Shown: piece by piece, positions 59,181-64,000 of the stretch
Layout: every line of letters begins with the position of its first letter
Position numbering within the stretch: position 1 is the first letter of the stretch
NCBI GenBank assembly: GCA_003220675.1
Contig: QHTD01000155.1
Coordinates: forward strand, 8,782-72,781
Length of the DNA stretch: 64,000 nucleotides
Direction: 5' to 3'
Origin: Candidatus Rokuibacteriota bacterium
Lineage (GTDB): Bacteria; Methylomirabilota; Methylomirabilia; Rokubacteriales; CSP1-6
Notes under the pieces: model-generated
What the model was told of the DNA's origin: nothing
Seen by the model: only the letters and a program-made list of their open reading frames with translations
Databases searched by the model: none
Program-made: the position numbers and the translations under genes

Positions 59181-59837
59181 TCACGCGGGATCGAGGTGAT
59201 CGTCCCAGAGGTCCACGTAGACGGCGTCACGCGGCGAGGCCTCGGGCCCCCACAGCTCCCGCGCGGCGAAGCGGACGCTGTAGAGGTGCTGCGGCTTCTT
59301 GCCCTGCCCCATCGCGTGCGTATCGGGGAAGATGAAGACGCCGTAGTCGCGGTCGATGGCGCCCCGCTTACCGCGCACGTAGCGCGGCAGTCGCGTGTGG
59401 CCGACGGGATTGAGGTTGCGCGCGACGACGCGGTCGCCGGGCTTGAACCGGGGCGGGACGCTGTCCGGAAGTCGCGCCGGGCCGCCCTTGAGGAGCACCT
59501 TGCCGACGTCGGCAGCCTTGAGCACTCGCTTTGGCGACGCCATGCCGTGCCGCCGACCCGTCTCGATCTCGTCGCGTGTGACCAGGCCCGTTTCGAGCAG
59601 GAGCAGCTCGAGGCCCAGGAGCCACTTCTCGTAGTAGCTCGACGCGAGGTACCGGGCGGGCGGGATCCGCTCGCGCGCGTGGCGCGCCATGTCGATGTTC
59701 CACTCACCGCTGAAGCCCGCGGCGACTGTCAGCGCGAAGGCACGCCGCTCCCACTCGTGGTGGAAGACGGGCTCGCGCGCTTCGCGCGCGATCGGCCCCA
59801 TCCCGTGCATGCCGCCCATGTCGTGGACGCCGTTCAT
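59181..59837 (-). CDS. nthB: nitrile hydratase beta subunit
   Basis: The ATG overlaps the alpha stop (ATGA). [42 protein letters not shown]. Confidence 0.9.
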   Translation of the reverse strand: MNGVHDMGGMHGMGPIAREAREPVFHHEWERRAFALTVAAGFSGEWNIDMARHARERIPPARYLASSYYEKWLLGLELLLLETGLVTRDEIETGRRHGMASPKRVLKAADVGKVLLKGGPARLPDSVPPRFKPGDRVVARNLNPVGHTRLPRYVRGKRGAIDRDYGVFIFPDTHAMGQGKKPQHLYSVRFAARELWGPEASPRDAVYVDLWDDHLDPA

Positions 59838-60472
59838 CGCCGCGATCCCCTCGTCGGCGGCGTGACCGTGGCGACACCGATCATCGAGTCGCGCGTGACG
59901 AGCTGGGCCAGCGCCTCCTCGCTCAGACCCTCGGTCTCCTCGGGGCGCTCCGGCAGCACGAGGTAGCGCACCTCGGAGGTCGAGTCCCAGACGCGCACCT
60001 CGACGTCCTGGGGCAGCTCGAGGCCGCATTCGCGCAGGACGCCTCGCGGGTCGAGGACCGCGCGCGACCGGTACGGCGCCGATTTGTACCAGACGGGAGG
60101 TAGCCCCAGGACCGGCCACGGGTAGCAGGAGCAAAGCGTGCAGACGACGAGGTTGTGGACCTTGGGCGTGTTCTCGAGGACCACCATGTCCTCGCCCTGG
60201 CGGCCCATGTAGCCGAGCTCTGCGATCGCGGAGCTCGCGTCCTCGAGGAGCCGCGCTTTGTACGCGGGATCGACCCACGCGCGAGCCACGACCCGGGCGC
60301 CGTTGCGCGGTCCCACTTTAGTCTCGTACGTGTCGATCAGCGCGTCGAGGGCCGCCGGATCCACGAGCCCCTTCTCGACGAGGAGGGACTCGAGCGCCCG
60401 CACTCTGAGGTCGGTCTCCGGGAGCGGCGAGCCTGGCGCGCCCGCGTGGTCGTGATCGTGGTGGTCACTCAT
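59834..60472 (-). CDS. nthA: nitrile hydratase alpha subunit, cobalt type
   Basis: Metal site [10 protein letters not shown] (the Thr indicates Co type). His-rich N-terminus MSDHHDHDH. The upstream part of ORF 59834..61318 is shadow sequence opposite the EamA gene. Confidence 0.9.
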   Translation of the reverse strand: MSDHHDHDHAGAPGSPLPETDLRVRALESLLVEKGLVDPAALDALIDTYETKVGPRNGARVVARAWVDPAYKARLLEDASSAIAELGYMGRQGEDMVVLENTPKVHNLVVCTLCSCYPWPVLGLPPVWYKSAPYRSRAVLDPRGVLRECGLELPQDVEVRVWDSTSEVRYLVLPERPEETEGLSEEALAQLVTRDSMIGVATVTPPTRGSRR

Positions 60473-60532
60473 CGCGTGGATCCTCGCCCCTCGAAGATGG
60501 ACATCCGCCGGTAAGCATAGCAGACTCGTGGA

Positions 60533-61387
60533 ATGCCGCTCGCCGCGTTGCTGCTCGTGCTCGGCGCGGCCCTCTGCCACAGCGCCTGGAACCTGCTCGT
60601 GAAGACCGATGCCCGTCGGCTCGAGATCCAGTCGGGCGCGCTGATCGTCGGCGTCCTCCTCTGCTCCCCCGTCCTCTTGATCTACTCGCTCACCGACGTG
60701 AGTCGCCTCGCGTGGGGAGTGATCTTCGTGTCCGGGCTTTTCGAGACGGCCTATGTCTTCGCGCTGACCGCGGCGTACGGGGCCGGCGACCTCTCGCTCG
60801 TCTATCCCGTCGCGCGCGGAACGCCGCCGATCTTCGTCGTCCCGCTCGCGATCATGCTCCTCGGTGAGCGCCCGCCATGGCAGGGCCTCGCCGGGATCGG
60901 CCTCATCGTCCTCGGCATCTACGCGAGCCACGCCGGGCTCGCGGGCAGCCGGGTCGGACGGGTGAACCGCCGCGCGCTGGCACTGGCGCTCCTCACGGGA
61001 GTCTTCACGGCTTGTTACTCGCTCGTAAACAAGCTCGGCGTCAGCCTGGTGCCGGTGCCACTCTACGCCTTCCTCGTCTTCGGGGTGGACGCAGCGCTGA
61101 TCCACCTCGTGCGATGGGTGCGCGGGGGGCTCACGCTTCCGCTCGGGCGCGACGCGCCGTGGGGACGGACCGTCGCCGTGGGCGTGTTGATGATGGCCGC
61201 GTACCTCGCCGTTCTCGCGGCGATGGCGATGGCGCCCGTTAGCTACGTGGTCGCCGCGCGGGAGGTCAGCATCGTCGTCACGGCCGTCCTCGGCGTGCTG
61301 GTCCTGCGCGAGCGCCATTCGGCGACGCGGATCGCGGGCGCGGCGGTCATCTTCGCAGGCCTCGTCGTCATCGCGCTCGCCCGCTGA
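60533..61387 (+). CDS. EamA/DMT superfamily transporter
   Basis: Ten hydrophobic segments in two EamA-like halves. Confidence 0.8.
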   Translation: MPLAALLLVLGAALCHSAWNLLVKTDARRLEIQSGALIVGVLLCSPVLLIYSLTDVSRLAWGVIFVSGLFETAYVFALTAAYGAGDLSLVYPVARGTPPIFVVPLAIMLLGERPPWQGLAGIGLIVLGIYASHAGLAGSRVGRVNRRALALALLTGVFTACYSLVNKLGVSLVPVPLYAFLVFGVDAALIHLVRWVRGGLTLPLGRDAPWGRTVAVGVLMMAAYLAVLAAMAMAPVSYVVAAREVSIVVTAVLGVLVLRERHSATRIAGAAVIFAGLVVIALAR

Positions 61388-61436
61388 CCGCGCCTCCGGC
61401 TAAACGCGGGCGCGACCGGTCGGCTCGCGCTATGTC

Positions 61437-61465
61437 TTGCCGGCCCAGCGCGCGAGGGCTATATT
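61437..61465 (+). promoter_or_regulatory. candidate promoter TTGCCG-N17-TATATT, 9 nt upstream of ATG 61475
   Basis: TTGCCG 61437-61442 and TATATT 61460-61465, with no SD. Confidence 0.45.
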
Positions 61466-61474
61466 CGGCTGCGA

Positions 61475-61951
61475 ATGACGCCCGCGCATCGCACGATCCT
61501 CGATCGGATGCGGTCGTCGGCCGACGTCGTGCGGCGCACCGTGAAGGCCGCGCCGCCAGGCCGGTTCACCCGGCCGCCTCGGGAAGGCGAGTGGTCGGCG
61601 CTGGAGACGCTGACCCACTTACGCGACGTCGTCGTCCACGTCTACGGGCTTCGGATCCGGCGGCTCCTCTACGAGGAGGCTCCCCTCCTTGCCGACTTCG
61701 ACGAGGAGGGCTATCGCCGCGCCAGCCTCGCTCGCGGCGAGACGACCGGAGACCTCCTGGACACGATCGTCGCCGAGCACGAGCAGCTCGTGCGGCTGCT
61801 CCAGACCCTGCCCGACGCCGAGTGGTCGCGCCAAGGTCGCCATCCCTCGCTCGGCGTCATGTCCATCGAGTTCCTCGCCCGGCGCGTCGGCGAGCACGCC
61901 GAGGAACACGCGGCGCAGATCGCAGCGGCGGTGCACGCCTCGCCCGTGTGA
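61475..61951 (+). CDS. DinB-family (four-helix-bundle) protein
   Basis: EWSALETLTHLRDV, EHAEEHAAQI. Confidence 0.7.
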   Translation: MTPAHRTILDRMRSSADVVRRTVKAAPPGRFTRPPREGEWSALETLTHLRDVVVHVYGLRIRRLLYEEAPLLADFDEEGYRRASLARGETTGDLLDTIVAEHEQLVRLLQTLPDAEWSRQGRHPSLGVMSIEFLARRVGEHAEEHAAQIAAAVHASPV

Positions 61952-61976
61952 GGCGATGAGCGGGAGGAGCCGAGCG

Positions 61977-63329
61977 ATGCCGACGATCGAGCAGGAATAC
62001 ATCGAGACCCGCCCGAAGTCGCGCGCCCTCTACGAGCGCGCAGTCCGAAACATGCCGAGCGGCGTCGCCCACGACGGCCGCGTCTTCAGCCCCTTCCCCT
62101 TCTACGTCGAGCGGGCGGACAGCGCGCGCAAGTGGGACGTGGACGGTCACATCTACCTCGACTGCTGGAGCGGCCACGGCGCCTTGATCCTCGGCCACAA
62201 CCACCCCGCGATCGTGGCGGCGATCACCGAGCAAGCGAAGCGCGGCCTCCACTACAGCGCCTGCCACGAGCTGGAGGTGCGCTGGGCGGAGCTGATCCGC
62301 TCCTGCGTACCCGGGGCGGAGAAGGTCCGATTCACGATGACGGGCACCGAGACCACGGCGCTCGCCGTGCGCGTCGCCCGCGTGGCGACAGGGCGGTCGA
62401 AGGTCGTGAAGTTCGAGGGTCACTTCCACGGCGTCCACGACGGGCTCGTGGCCGCGGTGAAAGACCCGTTCGAGATTCCGATGTCGGCGGGCGTCCCCAA
62501 GGCGACCCTCGCCTCCACGCTGGTCGCGCGCCACAACGACCTCGCCCTCGTGACGGAGCTCCTCAGCGATCCCGAGGTCGCGGCCGTCATCCTCGAGCCG
62601 GCGGGCGGTCGCTCGATGACCGTGCCCACGAACCCCGCTTTCCTTCGCGCGCTCCGCGAGCTCACGCGGGAGCGCGGCGTCGTCCTCATCTTCGACGAGG
62701 TCGTCACGGGCCTCCGCATGGCGCCGGGCGGCGCGCAGGAGTACTTCGGCGTGACCGCCGATCTCACCTGCCTCGCGAAGGCGGTCGCCGGGGGGCTGCC
62801 GGGAGCGGCGCTCGTCGGCCGCACTGACCTGATGGATACGATCGCCTTCGCCGGCGACCCGAAGCGCGACCGCACGCATCGCGTCGCCGACCAGGGCACC
62901 TACAGCGCGGCGCCGATCGTCGCCGCCGCGGGCGTGGCCGCGCTCGAGATCCTCAAGACCGGCGAGGTTCAGCGCGAGCTGAACAGGAAGGGCGACCGGC
63001 TGCGCGCGGGAATGAACCAGGTCCTCAAGACGCGTGGCATCCTGGGCGTCGTCTACGGCGCGTCCTCGATCTTCCGTATCCACCTGGGCGCCGACGCTCA
63101 CGCCCTCGGGCTCGAGGACTGGACCTTTGATGCCGCGCGCCTGGATCGCGGCATGGGCCCGCTCGGCGCGAAGCTCCATCTCGCGATGCTGCTGAACGGC
63201 GTGGATTACAACCGCGGCTCGGCCAACGGCTGGCTTAACGCCGCGATGACCGACGCCGACATCGACCAGATGGTCGACGCATTCGACCGCTCGCTCGACC
63301 GCCTCCGCCGCGAAAACACCCTGCCCTAG
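61977..63329 (+). CDS. class III aminotransferase (glutamate-1-semialdehyde aminomutase-like)
   Basis: ATG 61977 after GGGAGGAG. DVDGHIYLDCWSGHGALILGHNHP, IFDEVVTGLRMAPGGAQ, LTCLAKAVAGGLP (PLP-Lys). Confidence 0.85.
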   Translation: MPTIEQEYIETRPKSRALYERAVRNMPSGVAHDGRVFSPFPFYVERADSARKWDVDGHIYLDCWSGHGALILGHNHPAIVAAITEQAKRGLHYSACHELEVRWAELIRSCVPGAEKVRFTMTGTETTALAVRVARVATGRSKVVKFEGHFHGVHDGLVAAVKDPFEIPMSAGVPKATLASTLVARHNDLALVTELLSDPEVAAVILEPAGGRSMTVPTNPAFLRALRELTRERGVVLIFDEVVTGLRMAPGGAQEYFGVTADLTCLAKAVAGGLPGAALVGRTDLMDTIAFAGDPKRDRTHRVADQGTYSAAPIVAAAGVAALEILKTGEVQRELNRKGDRLRAGMNQVLKTRGILGVVYGASSIFRIHLGADAHALGLEDWTFDAARLDRGMGPLGAKLHLAMLLNGVDYNRGSANGWLNAAMTDADIDQMVDAFDRSLDRLRRENTLP

Positions 63330-63344
63330 CCTCGGCGCCGCCAG

Positions 63345-63478
63345 CATCCGAGCGGGAGCCGGGCACCCCTCGGAGACCCGTAGCTTCTGGGCGTCGTCTC
63401 GTAGCCGACCGCCTGAAGGGAACTCACGCTCAGAGTGCTAGCGTGGTCGACGAGGGGCGCCCGGCTCCCGCTCGGATG
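63345..63478. repeat. 28-bp inverted repeat (27/28) with 78-nt partly self-complementary spacer
   Basis: catccgagcgggagccgggcacccctcg (63345-63372) pairs with the reverse complement of 63451-63478. It fills the convergent intergenic region, and its right arm abuts the MaoC-like stop. Confidence 0.6.
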
Positions 63479-64000
63479 TTACGCGGACCGGCGCGGCAGG
63501 AGGACGACGGCCTGGCCCTGCGCGATCGTCTCGTCGCGCTGGTTCACGGCGACGAGATCGAGCGTGACCTCCCCTCGCTCGTCGACGACCGCCTTCGCGG
63601 CGACGCGACCGCGACACCACGTAGTATCGCCGATCAGGTTGTGGCGCCGGACCTGGACGTTGAGCCGCGCGAGAAAGCCGTCGTCGCCCATCCAGTTGGT
63701 GACGAGGTGGCCGAGCCACGCCACGCGCTCGGGGCCGTAGTCATACGGCGCCGGCACACCGACCGCGCCGGCGAGCGCGGGATCCCAGTGGACGCGCTCG
63801 GGCGGCTCGGGCACGCCGAACTCGTTGGGGATCCCGAGGGCGGGGTGGCGCTCGAAGAGGTCGAAGGCGAGGCCGTGGGCGCGCACGTAGAGGCTCCCCC
63901 AGCCCTGGATGAAGGCGATGAGGGACGTCACCGTGAGCGGCCCCTTGACCACCGCCGGGAGCGGCTCGCCGACCTTCACGTCCTCCCAGTACCGCGGCGT
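63479..64000 (-). CDS. MaoC-like (hotdog fold) dehydratase, 5' end beyond the window
   Basis: FERHPALGIPNEFGVPEPPERVHWDP...GDTTWCRGRV. The frame is still open at position 64000, so the listed GTG 63979 may not be the true start. Confidence 0.7.
   Translation of the reverse strand, partial: TPRYWEDVKVGEPLPAVVKGPLTVTSLIAFIQGWGSLYVRAHGLAFDLFERHPALGIPNEFGVPEPPERVHWDPALAGAVGVPAPYDYGPERVAWLGHLVTNWMGDDGFLARLNVQVRRHNLIGDTTWCRGRVAAKAVVDERGEVTLDLVAVNQRDETIAQGQAVVLLPRRSA

Noticed and set aside
1-64000. Many very long ORFs antisense to, or out of frame with, recognisable genes. Examples: 564..1901(-), 2419..4191(+), 8236..9750(-), 10511..11725(-), 18288..20132(+), 25075..26751(-), 26709..28646(-), 31328..32956(+), 38162..39949(+), 40378..42495(-), 43328..45061(+), 45031..46338(-), 48956..50839(+), 50896..52902(+), 61857..63347(-).
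   Set aside because: Their translations are Arg/Ala/Gly/Pro/Asp/Glu-rich with no motifs. Each lies opposite a gene with strong family signatures. Such stop-free shadow frames are expected in ~70% GC DNA.

Overview
High-GC (about 70% by eye) bacterial chromosomal segment, densely coding on both strands, with about 65 supportable CDS. I recognised no rRNA, tRNA, CRISPR array, transposase or integrase. All product calls come from reading motifs in the ORF-track translations; no database search was run.

Most of the window is ordinary metabolism:
- DAHP synthase and glnS
- an acyl-CoA dehydrogenase / DUF35 / SCP-x-type thiolase operon
- a DmlA-like dehydrogenase
- a five-gene Liv-type ABC amino-acid uptake operon
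- a FadB-like bifunctional enzyme
- a Co-type nitrile hydratase (alpha, beta, accessory)
- a molybdopterin oxidoreductase, two S9 peptidases and several aminotransferases

Accessory material is interspersed:
- five type II toxin-antitoxin modules, one with a decayed toxin
- several gene remnants with internal deletions or truncations
- a lower-GC island carrying a secreted beta-propeller
- a collagen-like secreted protein, an NYN/OST-HTH protein and a UdgX-type uracil-DNA binding protein

Most notable observations:
1. A CTP-synthase-type glutamine amidotransferase has an in-frame TGA exactly at the catalytic Cys position. It has a downstream hairpin and is translationally coupled to the end of the Liv operon, making it a candidate selenoprotein.
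2. A cluster of lytic transglycosylase, unknown polytopic membrane protein, secreted vWA-like protein and MurC-like ligase does not match any described system I know.
3. A tightly overlapped ptrB / class-B radical SAM / esterase / AAA+ ATPase operon appears separated from its likely vWA partner by an oppositely oriented aminotransferase plus higBA block.
4. A recurrent promoter layout places a TAnnnT -10 hexamer only 6-13 nt upstream of start codons, implying leaderless mRNAs.
5. Intergenic regions carry long imperfect palindromes, a three-hairpin cluster and a repeated GC-hairpin element.
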